From assembly GCA_001179505.1 (NCBI GenBank), contig CDMY01000426.1, positions 14,694 through 78,693 of the forward strand: a stretch of 64,000 nucleotides of DNA, given 5' to 3'. A program made the translations under genes and the position numbers. Positions 23,337 to 37,082 of this stretch are shown here, piece by piece (position 1 is the stretch's first letter; the number at the start of each line of letters is the position of its first letter). The notes beneath the pieces are model-generated. The model made no database searches. It was not told the origin of the DNA and saw only the letters and a list, made by a program, of their open reading frames with translations. The stretch comes from Vitrella brassicaformis CCMP3155 (Eukaryota > Protista > Chromerida).

Positions 23337-24438
23337 ATGAGCACAGCGGTGGACGCCCAGCCGGCAGCTCCCGCGCCGCATGCCGAGCACGACGATGACG
23401 ACAAGTTGGTCGAAGAGGAGGTGGTGCATGGCGACTGGGCCACGCCACAGGTGCGTCACACAGGCACACATCACACACACACACGCATCCACCCACATCC
23501 GCAACTTCATGCAGCTGTGATGTGATGCCGGGAGAGATGGGGAGGCGGGGAGACAGTTACCATGTGTGTTGGCGTTGGTTGGTGCAGGTAGAGGTGCATG
23601 AGGTGGAGGCCGCTACGGGTGAGGAGGAGGAGGACGCCATCTGGAAGCAGCGCGCCAAACTCTTCCGATGGAGCCCGGGCACAGGTACTGCACACGACCT
23701 CACTCACACGCCGAGAGCGAAACGACGCACGCATATGTGTGGGTGGTGTGTGTGTGGATGGGGTGCGTGTGTGTGTGCAGGTGATGACGGCAAGGGTGAG
23801 TGGAAGGAGCGCGGTCTGGGGGAGGCCAAGTTGCTGCAGCACAAGACCACCAAGAAGGTGCGCTTCCTCCTGCGGCAGGAGAAGACACTCAAGGTCGTCG
23901 CCAACCACTACGGTCGGTCAGACGCACAAACACACGAACCAACGAGATACACACACGCACAACCACGACTCATGCCTCCGATTGCGTGTCGTGCTGTGTC
24001 GTGCTGTGTCGTGCTGTCGTGTGTTGTGTGCGTTTCTCATCAGTTACGGACCACGAGGGCTACTGCAACCTGGTGCCCAACAGCGGCAGCGACAAGATCT
24101 TCTGCTGGACCGTTCCCGACTTCGCCGAAAACGAACTTGTCACCGAACAGTTCGGACTCAAACTCGGCACAACAGAAAGTCAGTGAGCCAATCGCCCTCA
24201 CCCACTCCTCACTGCACGGCCCAGATAGATGCATCTATCTGGTGTGTTTGTGTCTGTCCCGTTGTGTGCAGAGGCGAATGAGTTCAAGGATATGTTTCTG
24301 AAGGCCAAGGAGATCAACCGAGAGGCCATCGCCGCCGCCAAGGGCGAGGGAGCCGACACCGACAAGACGGAGGCCGCCGAGGACACCAAGGACGCTGCGG
24401 CAGACAAGCCTGACACCAACGGCGACAAGAAGGAGTGA
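23337..24438 (+). CDS. RANBP1: Ran-binding protein 1 (RanBD/RanBP1 domain), 5 exons
   Basis: TGEEEEDAIWKQRAKLFRW, EWKERGLGEAKLL, KVRFLLRQEKTLKVVANH, WTVPDFAENELVTEQFGLKLGT and ANEFKDMF. Introns include 23451-23587 and 23684-23780. Confidence 0.95.
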
Positions 24439-25461
24439 TCGCAGGAAAAACGGGTGTGTGAATAAGCTAGCTGATAGCGTTACAGCAGTGGGGATGGGGA
24501 TGTGGAGAGGGGGAAAGGGGGAGGGAGAGAGAGGGGGCAGTTTAAGGGCACATCCATATGTATGAGAGGGGTGATGCGATGGCATGCAAGACGGTGTGCG
24601 GCGGCGGCTGGCTTTTCTACCCAGAATGCACGCACACGCCCCTGTAGCTGACTGGCCGTTCTGTCTGTCCGTGTAAGTTTGTCAAAGTGAGTCTCTATGT
24701 GTTTGGGGGATGGATGGATAGTACGATGAGGCCGTCTTCGCATTCGACGGCCCCTCATAGATCGTGCTGCCCGTCCACCTCCTCTCGCAGACACGTAGAG
24801 ACTGCACACGACGCACACAAAACTACATATCAGTGACTCGTTATCTTTGCCACATGATTTGTGTATCAAATCTACTCAGCAAGACATGAATGCGCCAGCA
24901 GCAGCGTTTACCTATTCATTGAATCTTATTCGTCCCATTCATCGTTTCATGCTCTTCCATCGTGTGGATAGTTGGAAGGAAGGAGGAAAGAATAGACAGA
25001 CAGCCGGATTTTTGCCTGCCCTTCCAGGTCTACAGGTCTGACACAAACCCATCAGTAGAATGGCCTCAGTGAGTGAGTGATGAAAGCAATGAGTGGCAGA
25101 ATGACCTCCCATCAGTTCATCACATATCTGTTAAATATTCATCTGCCCAGAGGCAATGTGTGTGTGGGATGTCCGCCACCCCCCACCCACCCACCCACTC
25201 ACCCACACACACACACGCACGCACTTGCTTATATGCAATCGGATGCCCGCGAGTCAACCAGCCCGTCAGCCATTCTATCTACAGCCTACAGTCAGTGTCT
25301 GGTCACTCCTCCGCAATGCTGCCGGCACAAGGCTAGATATCGATACGCCAACCTGACACGACACAAACGGTGCGTGCACATCCCCCCGCCGCCCTCCCGC
25401 CTCCTTGCCCGTCTCATCTCTTTTGATGTGCGCACCAGGTCGTGTGGCATGTGTGCATCTT

Positions 25462-27985
25462 CTATGGGCGTCTCGCGATGGTGAGGCAGCTGCCCACCAT
25501 TTCCATCTTGTACTTGTCGCTCAGCAGGTTGAAGGTGGCATGGCGGTCGTTGAACAAGCGCCGCACATCCAGCTGCAGCCGCGCAGCCCAGATAAGGGCC
25601 GACGCCTTGCGCGCGGGGGGTCTGGAGCCAATGGGTCTGGAGACAAAGCCGGCAAGCACCGCTACCAGCGACCCATAGAACTTATCGACCGTCACACCGA
25701 CACGCGGATTCTCTGCGAACGGCACATGTCGTTTGATACATATTTGCCTGCCCCCCTGCCTCCCTGTGCTTTGTGCTTTGTGCTTTGTGTGTATTTTTGC
25801 GCCCCTTACCGTACACATGGAACTTGACTTCCTTGAAGGCCGGCCGGTTGTGGCTGGCCCACTCCTGCAGAGGCCGGCTATGCTCCAAGATGCTCGATGC
25901 CGACGTACTAATCGTCAGTGATTCGAATGCCCTCTTGCTCCCGCGCAGCTGGCGCGTCATTGCGTCGAGCAGCGACATGACCTGGATGAGTGACGCGCAA
26001 GGGGGCCATGGCCCGAAATCGATGTGGTTGCATTGGGGCATGCCGGCGGTGACGGCCTTGGCGAGGCTATCGACGGTCTGCTGGGAGGGGGGAGTGTCGG
26101 TGTTGTAGGTCAATGCGTAAGCGCGGGGGAAGTGTGTGGTAGTGGCAGTGCCTGTCAGGTCTCCACCACTGTACCGCACGTCGCGGACGAGGCCGACAAT
26201 GTCACCCACAATCTTCTGCACTTGATGGTCGACAGCAGAAAGCAAAATCGTCCCCGATGGCGTGAAAGTACTCCACCCCGCGGCCAATCCAAGAACAAGC
26301 TTCTGCACCTGATGGCATACGGACACGCATAGATCATATTTGCCCCACGGGTGTCGTCACGGTGCATGTAGCAGGCACACACACCTGAGGTGACTTGTCG
26401 GCTGCCCATTCGACCAGCGATATGTCTGCTCTACAGTTCTGGGTGACCGTCAGCTGGTCGAGGGCCTCTGGCCGCATCACCGCCTCCGCCAACCGCCCCA
26501 CCTCAAGCAGCAGCTTCTTGTCCTCTGCGTCGGCGGCATCAATGTGCAGCTTGCGAAGGTTGTGGCGGCAGCCCCGGCTAACGAGCGTCTCACGCAGCGC
26601 GACGACCGTGTCGCTCTCAGCTCGGTACAAATCGATGGGGCCGATGGACTGGAGGCGGGAGAGGGACCTGCCGTCCTTGGGGGCCGTGGACAACAGGCCT
26701 TGCTTGACGCTCAAGAGAATGACAACAGGCCTTGCTTGACGCTCAAGAGAATGGTGTCCACATCGAACTTCTCCAGATGCTCGCACGCCTCCATCCAGCA
26801 GCTATGATTGCTCTTGATGTCCTCTACGCCATAACCCTGCTCCCGCCCGAATGTCAGGACTCGCAGACGCGGCGCGCGCCACACCCGCCTGCCGGCGCGC
26901 ACGGCCGCATACTGGCAGGGCATGTTGTGCACCTCCTCCAGGTTTGACAGGTCGACGGGGGAGGGGGGCAGCGGCTCCGCCGACGTGTCGCAGCGAAAGC
27001 TGCTGTCGTGGTCGTCGTCGAAGCTGATGACTTTGATGGACGAAGCGGGCTGTGGCACATGGTGTGCCGGCCGTGCTGTCCCCTCCTCACCCCCCTCCTG
27101 CTGCACCTTCTTCTCCTCGTCGTTGATGGCCTTGCGCGCCGCCGCATTGCCCTCGATCAATGCCACCCAAGTGCCACGGCACCAGCGGCTGATCGACTCG
27201 AAGGGCAGGATGGTGTGCAGATGCGTCAAATGGCTCGCGCGCTGCCCCCACTTGTAGGCTGTCTTGTGGGGCATCCGCCCCCACAGCTGGCGCACGCCGC
27301 CCTTGGCCGATCCGTCGATGGTCAGGTGCGTGTAGTTGGCGGCCGCCGCGTCGAAGAGGGCCTGGCCAAGGACGCGGCGGCGATGCGTCAGCTCCCAGGG
27401 GTGGAAGGAGCCGAACACGTTGGCGAGCTCGTCACGAGAGAGACGGAGCCGGCCCTTCAACACAGACAGACACGTTGACACAAAGGTATATGATTGAGTG
27501 TGCAGAGGTGGCGGGTCGTTCGCTTCGTGTTCTCACCGGCGGCTGGTTGGGTGGCTGTCGTCCCGATACATGGACCTGTCGATATGAAGGCTGCTGTGGG
27601 GCAGCGACACTCAAATCGGAATCAGCTGCGGCCACCTGAGTCAAGCGCAATGACAACAACGAACACAGAGAACCGTCTCCACCCCTTCCCTCCAACTCAT
27701 TGTCAACGTGTGTGTGTGTACCTCAGCGGCTGGTCCGTCTGGCGATGCGTCGACAACATCCATCTCACCACCACTCCCACTACCACCACCGACAATCGCT
27801 GCAGCGGGCGAGCCGGAGTCGTTCGTGTGCTGTGGGCCATCTAGCGCGGCCGCAGCTGTGCCGCTCGCCTGCTCTGTCGGATCTAATGCTGCCACTGTGG
27901 TGATTGCCTCCAGCCCCGCCGACACAGCAGACTCGGCAACTCGGAATTGACCCGACGCAGCCCCGAGCGAGAGCAGCGCGGCCAT
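25462..27985 (-). pseudogene. Expanded-family hypothetical gene frameshifted by an exact 32-bp tandem duplication
   Basis: Exons run from ATG 27985 through RLSRDELANVFGSFHPWELTHRRRVLG. Duplicated unit at 26689-26720 and 26721-26752. Both flanking ORFs contain ILLSVKQGLLS in different frames. Confidence 0.75.
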
Positions 27986-28311
27986 CGTGTCACCAGATGC
28001 ACCGCCCTGACGTAGACGCACATCGCAACTCAGCTGCCACATTGCACAGACGAAAGGGAAGACAATTGTGTGTGCTCGGTGCCGGGAATCTCAGGCACTC
28101 ACCTTGATTTTGTTATGCAGCTGCCGGATCTTCTCAAGCAATACATCCCCCTCGGCACGCAGCTGCACGACAACACACAGGAAGCAAGACAGCCGTGTGT
28201 GAGCAGACCCACAGATAATCACATGCGCGTGTGGTTGGGCTGTTGGCTGTCTGTACCTCGCTGATGCTGGCAGGAGCCATACTCGCACCGGCCGCCTGAC
28301 CCGACCCCGCC

Positions 28312-31300
28312 ATGAAATCCTCCGATGCATTACGGTCGGTGATCCTCCATTGCCGACAACAAGAGCTACTGGATGAGTCAGGAGGCCGCTCGCTCATGGC
28401 CATTCCTATCGACGACCTCCGAATGTGGCGGCGGGGAGATGGAATGAAGCAGGGTTTCGGGTCAAGGGTTTCGGGCACGACAAGACGCCGCCGACGAATG
28501 GATGAGTCGATGAGTACCAGATGGTGTCTGATGGTGATTCTTGTATGTGCCGCCTTTCTTGCCCTCTCATCGTCGCTCGTGGCTTGCTCGCCCATCCGGC
28601 GAATCCTCCAGCCCGCAAATGATTCGGATCTCTCTCATCCCCTCCCTCCCGGCTGGCGTGATCCAAGGCGGCTAAGGCTCCTGCAACTCTCTCCGGTCTT
28701 CCGTCCCGCTGATGTAGATGGCGAGGTCGACAGTCACTGCTGCGACAACATTCTTCCCTATACCGAAATGGAGGAGCTGGTTCGGTGCGATTCGTGTCAG
28801 GAGGATGCGGCGGCTCTGTTCAAGTGGTCTCGCGAGGCCGGATTGGTCGACAACGAGACCAAGTCCATATTTGAGGACAACCTGTGCGTCGTGTTCTTCA
28901 TCACGTGTGTGCGGCTGAGTGAGGCGCTGGCGGACGGCGGTCCCGGGGAGGGCTACATCATCTGGCTGTCCAACCACATGGACACGGATGTTTATCTGGT
29001 CTTGCAGCAGCGAGGCTGGAAGCCTCTCGTCTTTTCGGGATCTTTCTATCGGCTGCGCCATGTGGTGTGCTTGTCAGCGTATCAGTTGCCTATGCAGGGA
29101 AGCTTGAGTGATGAGATCGCCAAGGTGACTTCGCTTCGTGCTATCTTCCTGGCCTATATGGTGAGTCACATCTGAGGCAAACATTCATTCACACGCATGC
29201 TCGTGCGTATGTTGCTTTGCAGAACGGCATGGAAGGGATTCTTCCAGCTAGAATTGGCGAGCTGCCTTATCTCAAGGGCTTGTACCTCTGGGGCATGAAT
29301 ACAATTGGACCTTTCCCATCGTCCATCACGAAGCTATCCCGCCTCGAAGCTCTCGATATCGCGGGCACCAATATTTCAGGGCCCATCCCTCAAGATATCG
29401 GCAGGCTCCGGCGCTTGCGCGTTCTGAGGATGTGGGCTAACGAGCGGATGGAGGGCCGCTTTTCGGCCAGTGTTACGTCTTGCCGTAACCTCTCCGAGAT
29501 GAGCCTCCTGGCAACGGGCCTTACAGGCCCTCTGCCCGGCGATCTAGGCGCCCTCTCTCGGTTGGTCGAGCTGGATCTTACTGGGAATTCGCTTACCGGG
29601 AAACTGCCTGAGTTATTGGTACAGCTGAGCCGGCTGCAGAAGCTGGTTCTAGTCAATAATACCTTTAGTGGCCCACTGCCCAACGGACTTGGCACCAACA
29701 TGGACAGCCTAAAATCGCTCGGTCTCACACACAATGACGTAAGCCACAACGTGTGGAGACATGTGTTTAGACCGACACGTGAATCTAGACTGCTTTTCTC
29801 AGTATTCCGGTCCGCTGCCGTCTTCCCTGGGCAATGCGAGAAACCTGACGGGACTCTGGATCGAAAAAACAGGCCTGAGCGGCGTCATTCCATCAAAACT
29901 AGGGCAGCTGGCTAAGCTTCGCGAGGTGTATCTTTCTAACAATCAGGTAAGAACCCGTTAACGGTTTTATGCCACATCTTGCCCTGCCCATGTTTGCTGC
30001 TTATGCAGCTCTTCGGTGACCTCCCGAATACGCTGAATGGCTGGAAGTCGGTCGAGCATCTCAGTTTACATAACAATAACCTAAGCGGCACCCTCGAGCC
30101 GCTCAGCGCTCTCACGTCGCTCAGGACACTGTGGATTGGCAACAACTCGGTGAGAACCATCATATATAACAGGTCGACAAGAGTTTGTATCTCATATGGC
30201 TACGTTTCAGTTTGAAGGGTATGTGCCTATCGGCTTCCGCGATTTTGAGAATCTCACTGAAATATCCGCAGCCAACAATAGGCTGGCCGGTTGGGCCGAT
30301 TGGACGGGCGGCAACCTCAGTGTGAGGGAGTATCACAGCCTTCGTCAGCTATACATGTCATCCAACCGAATCAATGGCACTCTGAAACCTTTAAGCCATC
30401 TCATATCACTCAGAACACTGTTGATAAACAACAACTTGGTGAGACCAGACAACGACAAAGAGACGTATGACATAGAACACTACGAGTTGCTGTGTCATCG
30501 TGCTTTGTATTGCAGCTGTCAGGGTCGATACCAGCTGAGCTTGGCCAGCTGACCGAGCTCCGGAAAGTGTACCTTCATGACAATCAGGTACAAAACCTAA
30601 ATACATGACTTCGTGTTCTCCATTTTTTTCTGTGCAGCTTTCCGGTACGCTGCCGGACACATTGAGTGGCTGGAAGTCGGTCGAGTATCTCGCTATTGAT
30701 CACAACAATTTTTCTGGCACCCTCGAGCCGCTCAGCACCCTCACGTCCCTCAGGCAACTGTGGGTTTCCGACAACTGGGTGAGGGCCATGAATTATAATT
30801 GGCAGTGAGCTGGTGAAAGCTTGTGCGTGCTGTGGCTATGTTTTAGTTTGAGGGCTACCTGCCTGCCGGCAAGTTTGAGAATCTCAGTGAAATCCACGCA
30901 GCCAACAACCGGTACGCTTCACGCTACACAGACGCTGACGCATGGGCCTGTGAATTGATCGGCAGGTTGGTCGGTTTGGTAGAGGAGCATAGCCTTCATG
31001 GCGCGTCGTATGAGAGCCTTCAGTTGTTGCGTCTGCCTTCCAATCGTCTCAACGGGTCCGTGAACTTATCTGTCTTCCCCAAGCTTGAGGAAGCCTATCT
31101 TGGGAGTAATCTCATTACGGGGCTCACCGGCAACCTCCCACAGTTGTCAGTGAGAGACAAATTCCGCTCACACAAAGGAAATGCCAGATGTGCTGTGACT
31201 GTGACTGGTGTTTTGGGTGTCAGGTTGCAGTCTTTGAACTTGCGCAACAACCTGCTAACCACCTTGCCGCAAGGCTTCCGCTCAATGCCCAACCTGAAGA

Positions 31301-34300
31301 GACTATACCTCGCCAACAATCGCATTAGCCAGTGGCCCAAGTGGGGCTCTACACCGGAAGGCGTCTGCCACACACAGGAAGGGCTAAGTGAGCTGAGACA
31401 AGATACACGCACACACACACGCACACACACATGCAGCTCAGGGTTTGTATGTGTTCATTGTGTGAATCTGTGTGAGAGAAGATTGGGGAGAGTGGAATAT
31501 GTCCAGTTTGCTGTCTGCCGTGGATCCGCCTGACTGGAACAGCCTGTATGAATTAGACGTCTCCAACAATCCGATCATGACAGACGTGACTGACTTCCTC
31601 ATGCCCCTTAAATGGCAGGACAAGTAAGTGAAATCCAATGGCTTTCTATCATTCGTTTTCAGATCCGTCTCTTTGTGTGCGTGACAGTTTGATGGCGCTG
31701 GATGCATCAAACTGCAGTCTTCACGGTGCGATGCGTTGTGAGGCTTTCCTGGTGTTCCCCCGTAGAATGCTGAATCAATCCGCATATGTAATCTATCATT
31801 CACATACACAGGCACACGCATAAAACATCACTCTTTTCTGCGTGTGCACAGATTGAGGACCTGTTTCTAGTAAAGACTGCATTTTATCAGCTGGGATCCA
31901 TCTCTTTGAAGGACAACAATATCACCGCCATCGAGACATTTCAGGCGTTTTACGCGTCCGACTCATCGCTCTACCACGTCGACTTCCGCAACAACTCACT
32001 AATAAGAGTGGGAAGGCTCGACTCTGTCTTGTTTTCATCCGACTACGCAAGATTCACACAGAACCCGGACTTGAAAAGAACGCAAACCGGGGTATGTGTC
32101 AGCGATACACCCATTGAGGTGAGACAAAGACGAGCGGAGCGCTTATATACGTGTTGGTGGCCGATATATATGTATTTCTCTGTGTGTTGTGGGGGTATGT
32201 ATGTGATTTAGAAGTGTCAGGATTTCCGTCGATCCAGCAGTACGCATCACGCCTTCAGCCGATGTCCAGCATTGACTGCATACGACAAGCCACAGGTGAC
32301 GCCACTACTGCCTGACCCGCAAGGTACGACAGGGTTCTCCTTGCAGTGTAGTGCACATCATTGCGCTCATACACATGGTTGGTGCAGGATATGTCGTGCA
32401 GAGGTTGGACAATGGTGAGGAGCGCTTTGAGTGCACGGAGTTCTGCTCCGTATTCAACAGACTTGAGGTACGGAGAATAACACAAATGCACAGCACTCTC
32501 CGCGTACTGTGCTCACTCGCCACTGCTCGCACAGGTCGACTACACCTTCGACTCGGATGCCCTGTGTCGGTGTCTGCCTGGATATGAGGGCATTGGCATC
32601 AACTGCACCAAGTGCCCACCTGGCACATACAGCAATAGACAAAACGGCACACAAAGGTGCAAACAATGCCCTGATGATGCAGGTCAGACGCAACAGTCAT
32701 ATGACAGTAAGCTGAGCCCTTGCGATTTTCGTTGTTGGTCTGTTTGTGTGTCAGCAGGTTCTGATGAGGGTTTAGGTGCGTGCTATTGCCATCTTGGCCA
32801 CCAGCGCGGCGAGGAGCCGTGCGAGCCGTGCATCGCTGGGTCAGTTGGCGTGCGCAAGATTGGTAGTGGCGGCAGTCGCAGCACGTGGATCTGCCAAGAT
32901 TGTTTGCCTGGATTGAACTGCTCTGTTCCCATCAACTATAATGCGAGTGTGCTGCCGGGATTCTTCCAGCTCACTGTCCAGCTGCAATCTGACGATTCAT
33001 CTCACAACGCCACACGGGAAGTGACAACGTAAGATAAGCGTTTTGTCAGGAGCCGTGTGTGAGAGTGGCAATGTTTTGGTGTGTCTCAGATATGCCGCTG
33101 GGTTGACCCTCTTGCCAATAGCCATGCAGTGTCCATTGGCATCGGCCTGCAAAGGCACCAACAAAACGGATGGGCTCAACACATGCTTGGTAAGTATGCG
33201 TCATCTCTGAGTGGAGCTATTCTGGTGTGGTCCTTTACACTCTTGCCTTGTCTGTGTCAGGAAGGACATGAGGGTTTTGTATGCTCTCGGTGGAAGGCGG
33301 GCTTTTCGCGTCATACGCCCCAGCAGCCGTGCGCCCGATGTGTCTCACTATGGCAGATTATCCTCTTCAACGTGTTATTCGTGGTTGCCACTCTGATAGC
33401 CATCTTTATACTCACGGCACTCGCAGAAAGGTCAGCACTCAGCGATGCACCTGTCACAAAAGTCCGCTGATCGATCGATCTCTGTGTTGTGTATGTGTGT
33501 GTGTGTGTGTTTCCTCAGGGCTTCGTCGTCTCCGCGCGCTGAGATCCCCTCTCAGCTGATCAAAATTGGACTCTCGCACATCACCGCTGTGCGTGAAGAG
33601 ACGCACAGACACACACACTCACCTCTCATTGTCTCCTTGCTGTCACTGTGTGTATGCAGGTGTGTGGTCTGGCCTTTCTCGTGTTTGACGAGTCCCTCTG
33701 GGGCAACCAGATATCCTCACTGGTCGGCAGCTTCTTCGCCTGGAACTGCGGCGTTCCTCAGTCGTATCAAGTGTGGGAATGTCTGTTGAGGCCATATGTG
33801 GGCGATAAATGCGTGCTGTACCGACACGCCATGTGGCTGGCTTTGCCACTCGTCTGGCTGACCGCTGCGCCACTGATTGGTGAGCAAACACAACTACTGT
33901 AGTCTGCAGGCTATGCATTGTGGTCGTTTCTGCCCTGTCGTTTCATGGCTGCAGCGAGTGGATTTGACAAAGCGCGTGATGCCTTCAAGTCGAGGCGGCG
34001 CATTGGCAGTGACGAGTCGACCTCATTCGCGACCATCGACAGCTACTTCCGAGCCCTGTCAGCGCCTGCATCTGTGATCACTGGCAAGGCGGACAAGGCT
34101 GCGGCACACGGGCCTCACCACCGATTGGTCACATTTCAGGAAGACATTCGGACCGAACCAGTGACGCCTCCGTCCTGCCAGCATTCGTCAGCGGAGCCCT
34201 GCAAGAGCGGCCGATGGCGGCAGTGGCTGGACAGCCGGGGAGGCATGATGGTTGTGATCCTCACATTTATCCACCCAACCGTGACCAAGAGCATGCTGGC

Positions 34301-36444
34301 CCTCTTGCGCTGCCGGCCTTACCCCTATGTGGACGCGATTATCCCTATCGCCTCAGGAGAGAGTGTCAGCCTACTCTCACCCAATCCGATGGATGACACG
34401 CGGCCTGGGATGGATCTCGATTCCCGTGTCATCTGCCGATCGGGCGAGCATGCCCCTTTCTTGTGGATTGCCGTGGCTGGTCTCTTATTGTGGACCTTCG
34501 CCCCAGTGGTATGCGGCGTGGCATTCCTATGGCGGTACAGAGACAGCCTGGACGACCACCACACGCGTAGAAGGGTGGGCTTCCTGTATGTCGGGTATCG
34601 CAAAAGCTTCTACTATTGGGATTTCGTGCTGGCCATGAGGCGCGTATTGGTGTTGTTGATAGCACAGCAAGCGACGGCGCAGCCCCGCCAGCAGCTGCTG
34701 GGATGGACTGTGGTCGCCAGTGTGTGTCTGGCGCTGCAATTCGCTATTTGGCCGTTCGACCGGGGCAGCATGGACATACTCAATCAGTCTGAGCTGCGTG
34801 GGCTGCTGGTGTGGCTCAGGTCGCTGTTCAGCATGCACTTCGTCGTCATGCTGCCCGAGGGGACCTCTCTTGTGCTGACGATCGGCTTCGTGCTGGTGGT
34901 GATTGCGGCCAATCTGGTGCACTACATCATGCTGGTGGCGCAGATATGTCGGTATGGTCTGCTGCATGCCACAAATACACGGCACTCGGTGACCGCAAGA
35001 AGGCTATCGGTGAGCAGCGGAGCAACACAGAATGACCATCTTTGTTTACCTGCCTGCTGGTGTCGTCTCATATCGTTTCATTTAGCCCGTTTGCTGGCTG
35101 GTTGTTTGACGGGCCCTCTGGTGTCGTGGCTCATCAACAGAGAGGAAGACAAACGGCGCGTCTCGCCCAAGGTCTTCTATGACTGGTCCACCGCGGCCCT
35201 CTCTGCCGACGGCCCCCCCACTGCGTCATGGCGGTGCCTTCCCTCTTTTGGCCGGCCGGTGCATCGTGTGGTGACGGCCATGCAGCTGACGTCAGCCGCC
35301 GTGCAGGACGCCATTGAGGCACTCAAACTCACACACGTGCCCAGCGACTTGTAAGCACACGAACCGGTGAGGGCTCGTTTAATCCTTCTGCTGTCTATGT
35401 GTGTGTATGTTGGTTTGTTCAGCCACGAGTTTCTGTGGAGCCACGCTTTCCTGGTGCAGAGCCTGCGACAGAAGCGAGTAGAGACGCGCAGCCGATGGCG
35501 AGGCCATGTGGTTGTCCATTTGCCCAGACCTGACGACCGCACAGTCACGGTAAGTAAGGCGAAGGAGAGAGGACCCCCGTGTGTGTGGTCGACCAACCCG
35601 CGTGGGTGTCCAGGGTCTGAGGCACATGAAGACGAGCGACCTCTCCAATGTGTTTCGCATTCAACGCTCTAGCGACGGTTGGTTTACTGCCTCCGCAGTG
35701 ACACGCACCACACCTATCGGCTCATGGTGTGAATTGATTTTGATGTGTGCAGTGTCGACGCAATTGGAGGCCGGCAAGACGTCCAACGATGAACCAAGTG
35801 GCCAGCCGGAGCTCTCAGACGTGTCGTCGGGCATCACATTGCACGACCTACAGGCCAACTTGTGCTATGTGGTGGACGAGCTCGGCAGCAGAGAGCAGAT
35901 GCACCAGGCGGCTTTAAGGCGGACGGCCGACAGCAGCGATCTGGAGAACGCCGACACCGAGGTCCCGACAGACCAACAGCCGCACACTGGCGGATGGCGG
36001 GGGCTCTATGAGGCGTTCCGCAAGGCCAAACGAACACTCATCGAGGAGGGCAGCCCACCGGTCAGTGTGAGACAGTCACGTTTGGTGCTCGTGTGTGTCT
36101 GTGCATTTGGTCCCCTGTGTTGTTTGTTCTGCTTCCTGCAGGATGCCATCCCGGAGGTTCTCGCGAGCTTCGCACCCACTGTGGCCACAGTGGTGGAGCC
36201 GCCATGTGGCGATGCAGAGGATGTGCCGATGAGTGGTGAGTCGTCGCCCGTCAGCTCGACCCAATCGCGGCACAGCGACGCTCACACCTCCGCCCTGACG
36301 CCCCCCTGCAACCTAATGCGAGTCGATTGGCATCGGCTGAGCAGTGACGAGAAGGACAGCGTGGCATTGTCTGTGTCAGCCGAGGCCGTCTATGATGCCT
36401 GCAGTGGCCTTTCTGCATCGTGTTCAGCCAACAGTGACGATTGA
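28312..36444 (+). CDS. Large LRR + Cys-rich (GCC2/GCC3- or TNFR-like) + multi-transmembrane receptor-like protein; no kinase domain seen
   Basis: Signal-like MSTRWCLMVILVCAAFLALSSSLVA (ATG 28510; upstream ATG 28312). Plant-type LRRs (LxxLxLxxNxLxGxLP) at 29200-31600. CxxCxxG repeats at 32500-33340. Multiple hydrophobic helices at 33350-34950. Low-complexity tail to the stop at 36444. Confidence 0.8.
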
Positions 36445-37082
36445 TGATGTTTGTCTCCGCCAGAAACGTCGTAGTCGACGTGTCTACTATAGCTGAGTCA
36501 ATGGCCATGGGCACCCGACGGCTTTTTTCATGCTGTGAGTGTGTGAGGGCGCATTCCTTTTCGTCGGTCGAGGGCAATCAATACACTCGATCTGCGCATG
36601 TATATACATCGTCGCATCGATCGATCGGGTGTTGTGTAGTGTGAGTCACTTTGGCCGCATTGTTTTGACTGGCTTGGTCGCCTGGAGGCCTTACTTAGGT
36701 GCATACAGTCACTCATTTGTATGGCAGGGGAGAGAGAGAGTCGCATGTGCGTCGTGACCGTGATGCGACTCTTAACGGTGTGGAATCCAACCGAGGCAAC
36801 GCAGCGATTGAACATCAACACTCACGTACCAGTCATTGATGTACGAACACATCACCTCAGTATAATGTCTGCGGTCTACGCATCAACGCAGACAGTCAGG
36901 CCAGGCAGCAGCAAACCGACCCACACACCACGCAACACACCGTGTGTGTGCACTGAAGTGAGAGCTTGATGGGCGGTGTTGGTCGCCGCGTCTCTGCCTG
37001 CACGCCGCTTCTGTATGTACACTTCCACCTAGCCGAACTGATCTTTCCCCTACACAGCCGCCTCAATCAAAGCCGCAGGTAG

